From Candidatus Methanomethylicia archaeon (GTDB lineage Archaea; Thermoproteota; Methanomethylicia; Nezhaarchaeales; B40-G2), in assembly GCA_029259155.1 (NCBI GenBank), contig JAPDJI010000020.1, forward strand, positions 1 to 64,000: 64,000 nucleotides of DNA. Reading direction: 5' to 3'. Under the pieces are notes generated by a model, which saw nothing but the letters and a program-made list of their open reading frames with translations, ran no database searches and was not told where the DNA came from. This document shows, piece by piece, positions 40,001 through 48,724 of this stretch. The position numbers and the translations under genes were made by a program. The number at the start of each line of letters is the position of its first letter. The first letter of the stretch is position 1.

Positions 40001-40767
40001 CAGATAATACGAGAGTCTCAGCCACAGGTAGGCAGATAGCCAAGGAATACGTTAAGGAGCACTTCGGCGAAGAGCTTTACCAAGCAAGAGAATGGCCTGG
40101 TGAAGGAGCACATGAATGCATTAGGCCTACTAGGCCGCTGGACGTGGAACAGCTGCGCACCCTCGTCGAGACCGAGGCGTTGATGTTAACGAAAAGGCCT
40201 ACTAGAAGGCATTACGCCCTCTACGACCTAATCTTCAGAAGGTTCATAGCAAGCCAGATGTCTAGAGCTAGGGTTAAGAGGCTTAAAGCCAAACTGGACA
40301 TAGCAGGTTTTGCCAAGGAAGTAGAGGGAGTAGTTGACATACTGGAGCCTGGCTTCACGCTCATCTATAGGCCTCCATGGTACATCCTTCCACCCGGCCT
40401 GGAAGGCGCAAGAGTGGTTAACGTAAGCAAGAGGGAGACAGCCACCATCCTACCCTTCACGCAGGGAGAGGTGATAGCGTTGATGAAGGAGAAGGGCATC
40501 GGTAGACCATCCACCTACGCTAAGATCATAGATACCCTCCTAAAACGCAAGTATGTGGTGGAGTCTAAGACGGGGAGGCTTATACCCACATCGAGAGGTC
40601 TTAAGGTCTACAGCTACCTATCCTCCACCTTCGGGGAGCTCGTATCGGAGAGGCGTACCGCCTTACTGGAAAGCTTAATGGATATGATAGAGCGCGGTGA
40701 AGCCGATTACCAAGCCATCCTCGAGGAGCTATACTCAGAGATGAAGCATCTACCTCGATACGCTTAG
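37099..40767 (+). CDS. rgy: Reverse gyrase
   Basis: CPNC...C..C zinc finger, APTGVGKT, DDVD, QASGRTSR, VESPTKA, DPDNEGE, ITYHRTD, GIGRPSTY. Confidence 0.97.
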   Translation: MKALFKQACPNCRGDISDDRLLAGLPCHRCLDEEEAAELLKKVEEGQDLKKLVLEALEGKGRLKHYAEVAKPQFKAEEFNNFFKKALGLPLWSAQRTWAKRVLTGRSFAIVAPTGVGKTVFGLAMAAYLASKGEKCYVVSPTTLLIEQARRRMEEILEASGLKQLKVAYYSTALHRAEKIEEADRIKKGDFDILITTSSFLARNFEELKRRRFGFIFVDDVDAILKASKNIDRVLVLLGFKEEDVEKALELLKLRGELARALRRREESAVEELRGRYEQLSKEVARRLKRRKPGLLVVSTATGRARGIRVKLFRELLGFEVGSRAEAIRNIQDIYLKPKENLDEEVAELAKKLGPGGLVFIPLDRGVESADRIAKMLAKKGVKAEVVYAKGKKERIAAFAKGEVDVLIGMASYYGLLVRGLDLPERVRYAIFAGVPKMRFSLEVKEAYPSRVLQLLLDVKDALTGDEQVTALRLIGRVRRLLWRLTPASFRELKEALEKGVEPPSWLKQAYSTVKEAADFLFQALSRSEVREKLRKSTHLSFTEEEGRVTVTVPDVPTYIQASGRTSRMYAGGVSKGVSIVVVDDEKVFTGLARQTRWLADEVRWVSLEEVDLKGLMKEVDDDRERVRRLLSGEVKAEGFDPVKSVLLIVESPTKAKTIAGFFGKPSRRRLGEVTAYEVGTGKYILNVVATGGHVYDLVPEGGYYGVKREEDRFIPIYSSIKRCLSCGEQFVGHAKCPVCGGDKLRDAWRTIEALRNLAGEFDLTYLGTDPDNEGEKISWDIACSLRPYSNILKRVEFHEVTRPALLRALEELRDIKEGFVEANIVRRIEDRWIGFELSHRLWKKFGSKHLSAGRVQTPVLGWIIERFEEFKRSRRLVYDVDLSVNYRLTLDTVPSNLSPEQVVERLRQATCKVVEKEEVEEEVSPQPPFTTDALLKEASARLRMGAAETMSLAQDLFELGLITYHRTDNTRVSATGRQIAKEYVKEHFGEELYQAREWPGEGAHECIRPTRPLDVEQLRTLVETEALMLTKRPTRRHYALYDLIFRRFIASQMSRARVKRLKAKLDIAGFAKEVEGVVDILEPGFTLIYRPPWYILPPGLEGARVVNVSKRETATILPFTQGEVIALMKEKGIGRPSTYAKIIDTLLKRKYVVESKTGRLIPTSRGLKVYSYLSSTFGELVSERRTALLESLMDMIERGEADYQAILEELYSEMKHLPRYA

Positions 40768-41903
40768 AGCAGGAAGGACGCGATGCGAGCCTTAAGGCTA
40801 CCATGCATCACCGACCTACTCCATAAAACCTCCACGCCGACCTTTGAGGCCGCCTTGAGGAAACTGTCGTAAGAAGCTGTTATCAAAGTCACTCTTGCTC
40901 CACGAGCAGCCTCCTTTAAGCTACGGAGAAGTTTAAGGTAAAAATCAGCGATCCTTTTAAGCGAAGGCCCCGACCTCACGCCGTAGGGAGGGTTCAAGAC
41001 CAGGTAGGCAGGTTGATAGTCTAGAATCTCCCTCAGCCTAAGCGCATCGCCAACCTCCAGCTTAATCGTGTCATCGACGCCCGCCGACCTAGCATTAAGC
41101 ATAGCTCCCTGGACATGCTTAGCTGAGCAGTCTAAGCCGTGAATAGGGTACGCCTCAAAGTTAATGCCCTCAGCCAAGTCCTCCGCAACCACAGCTTCGA
41201 GCTCCTTATCTATGAAGCAAAGCTTCCGGTAGGCAAACGTCTTCCTGTAAATCCCTGGAGGCACCTTTCTAGCCATTAAGGCAGCCTCGATAACTATAGT
41301 CCCTCCCCCACACATAGGGTCTAAGAGAGGAGCAGTATCTTGCCAGCCGCTTAACTTAAGCATAGAGGCAGCTATAGTACTCCTCAAAGCAGCAGGGTGG
41401 TCGTATACCCTATAGTTCCTCATATGTAAAGAGGGGCCTGTAAGGTCTATGCCTAGCGTGAAGTCGTTTTCCTTAAGCATACATTGGATCACGACGTCAG
41501 GGTCGTCGAGGTTTACCTTAAGCCTCGACCCCTTTAAGGCCATGTACGTGTCTATTACTGCCTGCCCTACCTTCGAAGCCACGTCGAGGCTTGTGAAGCT
41601 ATGCTTGCCTTTCCTCTCAGCTCTAACAGCAAAGCTCTGGGCTGGTTCAATAAAGCTTGGATAGTCCACCGCAGCCGCCGTACGGTAAACCTCTTCCAAG
41701 CTCTCTATCGTTGACCTAACAAGGATGAGCACTACTCTATGAAGCATTCTAGAGGCGAGGTTAAGCTTAATGGCTCCCTTGAGGCTTGACTCAAAGAAAA
41801 CCCTCCCAAGGCCTACTGATGCTTTGACCCCTAACAGCTCCTCTACCTCCCTAGCAGCTACGTCCTCCAACCCTCTGTTCGTAGTGGCGTAGAAGCTGAA
41901 CAA
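40764..41903 (-). CDS. trm14: THUMP-domain tRNA m2G6 methyltransferase (Trm14-like)
   Basis: GLED, THUMP domain, LH.RNYR...HPAAL, DPMCGGGT, NPPYG; TTG at 41903 (ORF-track start runs into tRNA-Ala). Confidence 0.85.
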   Translation of the reverse strand: MFSFYATTNRGLEDVAAREVEELLGVKASVGLGRVFFESSLKGAIKLNLASRMLHRVVLILVRSTIESLEEVYRTAAAVDYPSFIEPAQSFAVRAERKGKHSFTSLDVASKVGQAVIDTYMALKGSRLKVNLDDPDVVIQCMLKENDFTLGIDLTGPSLHMRNYRVYDHPAALRSTIAASMLKLSGWQDTAPLLDPMCGGGTIVIEAALMARKVPPGIYRKTFAYRKLCFIDKELEAVVAEDLAEGINFEAYPIHGLDCSAKHVQGAMLNARSAGVDDTIKLEVGDALRLREILDYQPAYLVLNPPYGVRSGPSLKRIADFYLKLLRSLKEAARGARVTLITASYDSFLKAASKVGVEVLWSRSVMHGSLKARIASFLL

Positions 41904-42029
41904 GCATCCACACCGAGGCTGGGCAGTAATATGAGGTTGGTGGTTAAAAACAACTACTTCAAGCACTGGCAACCGGGATGAAGCGAAGAAATTTAAAAGA
42001 AGATACGTAATCCACATACCTTGCCTAAA

Positions 42030-42104
42030 GGGCCGGTAGTTCAGGGGTAGAATACCCGCCTTGCGAGCGGGTGGTCGCGGGTTCAAGTCCCGCCCGGTCC
42101 ACCA
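42030..42104 (+). tRNA. tRNA-Ala(TGC), CCA encoded
   Basis: GGGCCGG/CCGGTCC with G3.U70, anticodon arm CCCGC-CT-TGC-GA-GCGGG. Confidence 0.96.
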
Positions 42105-42513
42105 TTTTACGTGGATGTAAGAGTTGAAGTTTAAAGACTTGTTCCAAGTTGCATGGGTTTTTACAACAGTTTTTTCATAGAATTATCCAACAGCCAGGAA
42201 AACCTGTTGACTGAGCTGAACATGTTTGAGGTTAGATCATTTGATTAGGATACCAGGCTTATGGTCCTCGAGCACCTGAGGCAGGAGCAGTTAAAGGTCC
42301 CTCTACCCATCTCACATCGAGTTTAGCGAGACCAAAGTAGCTCTTGCCATCTCTATACACTACATCAAAGTAAGTTAAAGCTCAAAGTTAGGCTAATGCT
42401 ACAACTATAATTACCCAACCTGACTTTGAGGATGAAAAGCGATGTAGAGACAGATTAAAGGAGTAGGTTTAAAGTTCCCTCTGCTCAAGGTCCTGGGCGA
42501 GGTTGCTAGGCTA

Positions 42514-43626
42514 TTGAATCGATGGAGATGTCTCCTAAAGCTAAACGATATCCCGCGTGGACATATGTTCATCCTTGTGTCCATAGCTTTGGTTGAAGCA
42601 TTAACCCACTTCGGCGCCATGCCAGGAGACCATCCCCAATACTTCAACGTCACTAAATTCTTCTTAGGTCAGGAACCTCTAATCACCAAGGTTAGAATAG
42701 TCCGACCCCTCGTGCCCTTGCTGGCTGCCCCCTTCTCTCTTGTCATGCCTCTACCTTATGCCTACGGTGTTGTCAACACAGCGTTTTACTTACTCACAGG
42801 AGTTGCTTGCTATGCTCTGACGCTTAAGCTTACAAAATCTAAGTTGACAGCGCTATACTCAGGTGTGCTTGTGTTAACGTCCTTCCCCATGATCGCCTAC
42901 GGAGCAGCTTCAAGCAAAGAGGGAGCTGGGCTCTTCTTTCAAATGCTGGCAGCACTACTCGCCTTAAAGCTGGCTGAGGGCAAAGGCGTCGTTAAGGCGC
43001 TCGCTTACGGCTTAATAGCAGGGGTTGGAATGCTGTCCATGGAGATCGTGATTCCAGCAGTAGCCTTCGGCCTCCTCCTACTCTCAAGGAATAGAATGTT
43101 TAAGGAGGCAGCGGCTTGGCTCATCACCGCTGTCCTCCCATCCGTCTTCGTAGGGGCCCTATTTAACTATTCGATTATTTCATGGTATCTTCAAGGAGGC
43201 ATCGAGTACGCTAGCAAGCTCGGCTTGTTATCCTTAAGTGCTTGGTTCAACCCTTCACTGAGGCTTCGTCACTTAGTTGAAGGTCTCTCACCATTCGTCT
43301 GCCTATTCATGGTGGTTGGCCTAGCTAAATTAAGAGGCGAAGCCAACACTGTGAACCTGTTCGTCTTGATGATAATTCCTGGCGTCGCCGCCTACTTCGC
43401 TTGGCCCCCTGTCACGTCAAGGCAGGTGATAACAATGTCCTACGCAATCTACTGGGTAGCTGCTCGAGGTTTAGCCTCATTAGGAAAGAAGCCCTGGATC
43501 CAAGTCACCTTACTTTTAGTTAACGCCATCCTATGCAATTACCTAGCGTTTAAATGGTACTCAACGTGCTTTTACCTAGAGACCTTGGGCCCTTGGAAGG
43601 GTTTCTCGGTCCCTTGGCCCCCTTGA
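42514..43626 (+). CDS. Multi-pass membrane protein, possibly GT-C (PMT/ArnT-like) glycosyltransferase
   Basis: About 10 hydrophobic segments, GD..QY after the first TM followed by RPLVP. Confidence 0.55.
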   Translation: MNRWRCLLKLNDIPRGHMFILVSIALVEALTHFGAMPGDHPQYFNVTKFFLGQEPLITKVRIVRPLVPLLAAPFSLVMPLPYAYGVVNTAFYLLTGVACYALTLKLTKSKLTALYSGVLVLTSFPMIAYGAASSKEGAGLFFQMLAALLALKLAEGKGVVKALAYGLIAGVGMLSMEIVIPAVAFGLLLLSRNRMFKEAAAWLITAVLPSVFVGALFNYSIISWYLQGGIEYASKLGLLSLSAWFNPSLRLRHLVEGLSPFVCLFMVVGLAKLRGEANTVNLFVLMIIPGVAAYFAWPPVTSRQVITMSYAIYWVAARGLASLGKKPWIQVTLLLVNAILCNYLAFKWYSTCFYLETLGPWKGFSVPWPP

Positions 43627-44508
43627 TTAAAGCCTTGCTAAACAGCTTGTAATAAAAAAGCTAAGCATCTAAAGAAATAATATCCCTTGGTTCAGCTGCA
43701 AGATAATTTTCAATGGTGAAGTCGATGGATTCTAAGTCCCCATACTTGTTGACGTTCCTAATCTATGCCTTGGCTCCTGTTATTACATCGCCGAATCGTT
43801 GATAGTGCATGATCAAAATCTACAGTGGAAAGTTTTATTGGTTACTGTTAATAAAGATTAACTAGATGGAGTAAAAGTTATTGAGTGTCTAACACGTAAA
43901 CTCCCATGAAGGTCCTCTGATTGTCTTAATGGTATCTCCCTCAGCTATGAAGATGGACTCACCTAAAACTTCTATGTCTGCGGGGAGCAGCTGTAAGTTT
44001 CAACGACCCGTCCATCCACGATGACGTATACAGCGTTCTCCACTGCCACATATAACGCGTTACCTACTAACTCAGCGTCGACTGGGTTTTGGACCTCATA
44101 GCCCAGGATGACAGTGTTGTTAAAGCCTACAATACTCATGCGGTCAAGTAGGCATATTAAGTTTGCTTCATTACCGACGGCGTCCACGTCCTTAACGCCA
44201 CTTAGCCCAGTAAGTCTCCACTATATCGCTCCGGTGAGAGACATTACGTAGACCTCATCCTCCTCTGCTACGAGTATTCGATCTATACTTAGGAAAGCCA
44301 CATCTATAGGTTTCAACTCATGGTTAGCCCCACAGCCTCCTCCCGGTCGAGTCTACGATCCTTAAACCTGAACCATCAGCGATCAATAGAGCCATTAACG
44401 CTAAACGCGACATACGTCGTAGGAAAGTATAAAGCAGATATTTAATGCATTTCGTCACATAGGAAAAACCTAAAGGATTGTTTAACGAAAAATGACGAGG
44501 TGGCCTAA

Positions 44509-44661
44509 GTGAGGGTGAAGCTAAAGATCGACGGGGAGGAGGTCCCTTTAAATCCCTTCGTCACGAAGATCTTCGGAAACCTGCTTCAAGCCATGGTCGC
44601 TTCACTACATGGCATTAATGAAGCTTGGAGAGAAGCTGTTCTTGAGGTGGAGAGGGATTAA
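44509..44661 (+). CDS. 50-aa protein resembling the small C-terminal domain of MobB-like proteins
   Basis: Hand translation MRVKLKIDGEEVPLNPFVTKIFGNLLQAMVASLHG...; ends 3 nt before the ferredoxin gene. Confidence 0.65.
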   Translation: MRVKLKIDGEEVPLNPFVTKIFGNLLQAMVASLHGINEAWREAVLEVERD

Positions 44662-44664
44662 GCC

Positions 44665-45072
44665 TTGGCTAAGAGGCTGAGCATAATCGATGTGGACCGC
44701 TGCGTAGGTTGTCAATGCTGTATGTTCGCCTGTACACGCCGTTTAGGCTACGCAGGGCTGGGGAAGTCTGCGATAAAGATTAGGTCTGCTGGCGGCGTAG
44801 AGAGGGGCTTTGTGGTAATAGTCTGTCGAGCCTGCCCTGACCCTCCTTGTGCCAAGGTTTGCCCTGTAGACGCCATTACTCTAAGGAAGGGGGGAGGGGT
44901 GCTGGTCAACGCGTCGATATGTATAGGTTGCGAGCTTTGCCGTGAAGCTTGTCCCTTCAACGCAGTCGGCTGGGATGATGAAGCCAACAAACCAGTAATC
45001 TGCGTGCACTGTGGACAATGCGTGGAGTTTTGTCCACATAATGTATTGAGGGTGGAGGAGGTGACTGCTTAA
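44665..45072 (+). CDS. 4Fe-4S ferredoxin-like subunit
   Basis: Four Cys clusters (CVGCQCC...C, CRAC...CP, CIGCELC...CP, CVHCGQC...CP). Confidence 0.92.
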   Translation: MAKRLSIIDVDRCVGCQCCMFACTRRLGYAGLGKSAIKIRSAGGVERGFVVIVCRACPDPPCAKVCPVDAITLRKGGGVLVNASICIGCELCREACPFNAVGWDDEANKPVICVHCGQCVEFCPHNVLRVEEVTA

Positions 45073-46832
45073 TGGATGCTTTACCCCGCAGGGTGCTCTA
45101 CATAGACCTCGACCACCGAAGGTTCAAGGTAGAGGATAGGGAAGACCTCTTCAAGCATCGCCTTGGAGGGATCGGCGTTGCGATAAGGCTTCTAACAGAG
45201 GAGTGCCCCAAGGCAGCTGATCCCTTAAGCCCTGACAACGTGGTCGTGTTTGCCGTCGGTCCTCTGACAGGCATCCTCCCCTTAGCCTCTAAGACGGTGG
45301 CCGTCTTCAAGTCGCCTCTAACCAAGACCTTAGGGGAGAGCCATGCTGGCGGTAGGAGCGCGGTGGCCATTAGGTCGGCGGGGTATGGAGCCATCGTGAT
45401 CAAGGGAGCCAGCTCCACCCCCGTCTACTTGGTCATAGATAAGGAAGGGGTAAGGTTCAGGGATGCCTCAGGGCTATGGGGAGTAGCTAGCAGCTTCACT
45501 GTGGGCAGGGTTATACGTGAACGAGAGGCAGGAGCAGGGCTTAGGACAATAATGAGGATTGGTAAGGCAGGAGAAAAGCTGGTGGCTTATGCCTCAGTGA
45601 TAACCGAAACCTACAGACACTTTGGTAGGCACGGCTTAGGGGCGGTCTTTGGAAGCAAGAAGCTTAAGGCAATAGTCGTTCAGGGAGACCAGACAGTAAA
45701 GGTAGCTAACCCAGCGAGCTACAGAGACCTTTACAGTAGGGTGTTTAACGAAGCAGTCAAGTCCAGCTTGATGAAGAAGTACCACGACCTAGGCACCGCC
45801 GCTAACATCATCCCCTTAAACCACATAAAAGCGCTGCCCACTAAAAACCTTACCCAACAGGGCTTTGAAGGAGCTGAGGAAATCTCAGGTGAGAGCTTAG
45901 CTGAAAAATACTTAGGTAGACGTATCGCGTGTAGCCACTGCCCTGTCGCCTGCATCCACCTAGCTGCTTTAAGAGAGCCCTACGTCGATGAGCCTTACTT
46001 CTATAAAACCACCTTCGTAAGCTACGACTACGAGCTCCTCTACGCCCTCGGCTCCATGATAGGGGTTTCCGACGTGTCCAGCCTCCTGAAGCTGATACAT
46101 GAAGTAGATAAACTAGGGCTAGACGCCATGAGCACTGGCGTAGCGCTAGCTTGGGCTACGGAAGCCTACATGAAGGGGTTGATAAACGAGAAGGATACTC
46201 TAGGCCTTGAGTTTAAGTGGGGAAGCTCGGAGGCCTACCTTAAAGCCGTGAGCTACATAGTCGATCAACCCAACGAGTTCTACGCCTCCCTCGCTAAAGG
46301 AGCGGAGGCGGCGGCTTCAAGGTACGGCGGCCTAGACTACGCGCTATGTTTCGGAGGACTTGAAATGCCAGGCTACCAGACAGGCCTAGCTGCCTATGTA
46401 GGCTTCTTCACAGGTGCACGGCACAGCCACCTAGACTCGGGAGGCTATAGCTTAGACCAGAAAGCCTTGAAGGAGAAGAAGAGGTTAACGACGGAGGAGG
46501 TTGCCTCTATCCTTCTAAAGGAGGAGGCTTGGAGGCAAATACTGAGCAGCCTCGTAGTATGCTTCTTCGCTAGGGAGATCTATAGGCCAGGGCTAGTAGC
46601 TGAAGCCTTAAGCCTACTAGGCTTACACCTCAGCGTAGAAGACCTAGACAAGCTAGGCTTAGAGATATTGAAGGAGAAACAGAGCTTTAAGTTAAGGGAG
46701 GGCTTTGACCCAAGAAGGCTGAGAATACCTAAGAGGATATTGGAGGCGTCGACGCCTCTAGGCCCAGTAAACGAGGAAGATCTGAGAGAAGCCATAGCTA
46801 AGTACTTCGAGAAGCTAGAGCTTGGCAGCTGA
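45072..46832 (+). CDS. Tungsten-dependent aldehyde:ferredoxin oxidoreductase family protein
   Basis: KSPLT..LGES.AGG, GR.GLGAVFGSKKLKAI, C..CPVAC, DYE, GLDAMS.G. Confidence 0.92.
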   Translation: MDALPRRVLYIDLDHRRFKVEDREDLFKHRLGGIGVAIRLLTEECPKAADPLSPDNVVVFAVGPLTGILPLASKTVAVFKSPLTKTLGESHAGGRSAVAIRSAGYGAIVIKGASSTPVYLVIDKEGVRFRDASGLWGVASSFTVGRVIREREAGAGLRTIMRIGKAGEKLVAYASVITETYRHFGRHGLGAVFGSKKLKAIVVQGDQTVKVANPASYRDLYSRVFNEAVKSSLMKKYHDLGTAANIIPLNHIKALPTKNLTQQGFEGAEEISGESLAEKYLGRRIACSHCPVACIHLAALREPYVDEPYFYKTTFVSYDYELLYALGSMIGVSDVSSLLKLIHEVDKLGLDAMSTGVALAWATEAYMKGLINEKDTLGLEFKWGSSEAYLKAVSYIVDQPNEFYASLAKGAEAAASRYGGLDYALCFGGLEMPGYQTGLAAYVGFFTGARHSHLDSGGYSLDQKALKEKKRLTTEEVASILLKEEAWRQILSSLVVCFFAREIYRPGLVAEALSLLGLHLSVEDLDKLGLEILKEKQSFKLREGFDPRRLRIPKRILEASTPLGPVNEEDLREAIAKYFEKLELGS

Positions 46833-46996
46833 GGGACATATTTCAGGTCAGCTTGCCTAAACGTAGGAAGCAAAAATGGTCAATAAACGCCTAGAGTCAA
46901 AGGTCCATGGACACATCGTTACGTTGCCTCATCCAAAAAGAGGCGCAAACAATATAACAAGCCTTTAAAAGGAGAGGAAGGGCCCGGCTACCCTGT

Positions 46997-47127
46997 GCCA
47001 GCCCATAGAAGAGGGCCACGAACGGGTGGTGTAGGGGTTAACACAACGGCCTGTGGAGCCGTGGATCCCGGGTTCGAGACAGTCTTCCCCATAAAGGGGG
47101 GCTGCGAGAATCCCGGCCCGGGCCCCA
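46997..47127 (+). tRNA. tRNA-His(GTG) with two non-canonical introns (3/4: 47000-47022; 59/60: 47079-47110), CCA encoded
   Basis: Spliced product: GCCCGGG-TG-GTGT...ACAC-A-ACGGC-CT-GTG-GA-GCCGT-GGATC-CCGGG-TTCGAGT-CCCGG-CCCGGGC-C-CCA; both inserts form strict BHBs. Confidence 0.9.
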
Positions 47128-47201
47128 TCATTACCTCCTTAACTCTCAGCAACCATAGCAGTCCGTTACCTAAGAAATGTCGGTGAGAGGAGGAGAAGGC
47201 T

Positions 47202-48014
47202 TTGAACCCCTCAGAGCTTCTCGAGGTGGCGGTGGAAGCTGTAAAGAAGGCTAAGGAGGCTGCTTGTGAAGCTTTGGTTAAGGGAGGTAGGGCTAGGGTT
47301 AAGGTGGGGGCTTCAGGAGATGAGACCTTAGAGGCCGATGAGGCCGCGGAGGAAGCCATTCTTGAGGTGCTTAAAGCTAGGCTACAGGGAGCTACGGTGA
47401 TAAGCGAGGAGCTAGGCATAGCTGATCTTGGCGGTGGTGGACCCCCCTACGTCTTCGTAGATCCTTTAGATGGAAGCCTCAATGCTAAGCGCGGCTACCC
47501 CTGCTTTTCATCCATGGTGGCCTTTGCCTCTAAGCCTAGGCTGATCGAAGTGCAGGCCATGGCTGTGGTGAACATGCTTACAGGAGACCTCTACTGGACA
47601 GTCAAAGGGGAAGGAGCGTTCCTCAACGGTGTCAAGGTCTCAGCTTCGAGTTGTGCCAAGCTAAGTGAAGCTTTAGTGAGCTTAGATTTCTCAAAGCGTA
47701 ATAGGCCTGAGGGCTACGTATCTAAGATAGCCTCCATAATAGAGGAGGCGCGCCACGTAAGGTTTCTTGGCAGCAATTCACTTGAGGTCTGTTTAGTGGC
47801 TTGCGGCGCTTGCGATGCGTTCATCGACCTTAGAGGTGGTTTGAGGCTCCTCGACGTGGCGGGGCCCCTCCTCATGGTCAGGGAGGCTGGAGGCATCGTT
47901 CACGTAGAGCCTGGAGGCTTAGAGGTTGAGGTGGATGTTAAGCGTAAAGCAAGTTTAATTGCCGCCTCCACGGACAAGCTCTTACACGAGATATTAGGTT
48001 TGGTAAAGGCCTAA
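47202..48014 (+). CDS. suhB: Inositol monophosphatase / FBPase family protein
   Basis: SEE, VDPLDGS.N, R.LGS, DVAG. Confidence 0.9.
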   Translation: MNPSELLEVAVEAVKKAKEAACEALVKGGRARVKVGASGDETLEADEAAEEAILEVLKARLQGATVISEELGIADLGGGGPPYVFVDPLDGSLNAKRGYPCFSSMVAFASKPRLIEVQAMAVVNMLTGDLYWTVKGEGAFLNGVKVSASSCAKLSEALVSLDFSKRNRPEGYVSKIASIIEEARHVRFLGSNSLEVCLVACGACDAFIDLRGGLRLLDVAGPLLMVREAGGIVHVEPGGLEVEVDVKRKASLIAASTDKLLHEILGLVKA

Positions 48015-48680
48015 AGCCTCCTCGTATGCATGGAGGAGAATAGAGGAGACTATCCAAGCCTCCAAGGGTTCAGGGTAGAGTGAAACCGTTTCGTTAGCGA
48101 AGCTGTAGAGGTAATGTGAAAAATCTCCTCTATGGAAGCCTCCCACGATCACCAGGGGCTTTTCGTGCTTAATGAGCAGGCCTGCAACTTCGCGTGGACA
48201 TACTAGACGCCCCTTCTCCGTTAAAAGGACGGTATAGCTAGGTTTCGCTTCATCAATTATTAGCTTAAAGCCGCTGCCGATAACACGTATTAAAGGCTCA
48301 CCTTCCTCAGGTACTCTACCAGCCTTAAGGAGCTGTTCCATTAAGCCTACGAAGCGTGGATAGTTCTTCGGAAGCCTAGTTTCAGGTTTTATCTCCACTA
48401 CGAGGTCGTTAACGGTATGCACGTATATTCTCATCAAGCCTCTTCGACACAGCGGCGTGCCTAAAAGGTATAGAAGCGTGGTATGTACAATGTCGGGCCT
48501 ACCGCGTTTTTCCCATCCTTGAAGGCCTTTCATGGCAGCGTAGTGAAGCGAAATATCTAGAAGAGTCTCTCCTGGCTTCTTTCCTCGCTTTTCAGCGTTG
48601 CGTTTAACCGCTGGATGCTTCCAGATTTCTCTAGGTACTAGCTCAAGCGAGGCTTCAGCCAGAGCAAATATGAGGGTCAC
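47994..48680 (-). CDS. nep1: rRNA pseudouridine methyltransferase Nep1/Emg1
   Basis: LLDISLH, RGRPDIVH, RLPKNY.RF.GLMEQL, GGF.RGDF. Confidence 0.93.
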   Translation of the reverse strand: MTLIFALAEASLELVPREIWKHPAVKRNAEKRGKKPGETLLDISLHYAAMKGLQGWEKRGRPDIVHTTLLYLLGTPLCRRGLMRIYVHTVNDLVVEIKPETRLPKNYPRFVGLMEQLLKAGRVPEEGEPLIRVIGSGFKLIIDEAKPSYTVLLTEKGRLVCPREVAGLLIKHEKPLVIVGGFHRGDFSHYLYSFANETVSLYPEPLEAWIVSSILLHAYEEALGLYQT

Positions 48681-48724
48681 GTAACCCCGATGGGTAGAAA
48701 AGCTTGCTTGAATAAAAGGGTTTA

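Noticed and set aside
41904-42086. N-terminal extension of the Trm14-like ORF
   Set aside because: Runs antisense through tRNA-Ala and its promoter; homology begins at about 41903.
46988-47419. ORFs 46988-47419 (-) and 46995-47186 (+)
   Set aside because: They overlap the intron-containing tRNA-His.
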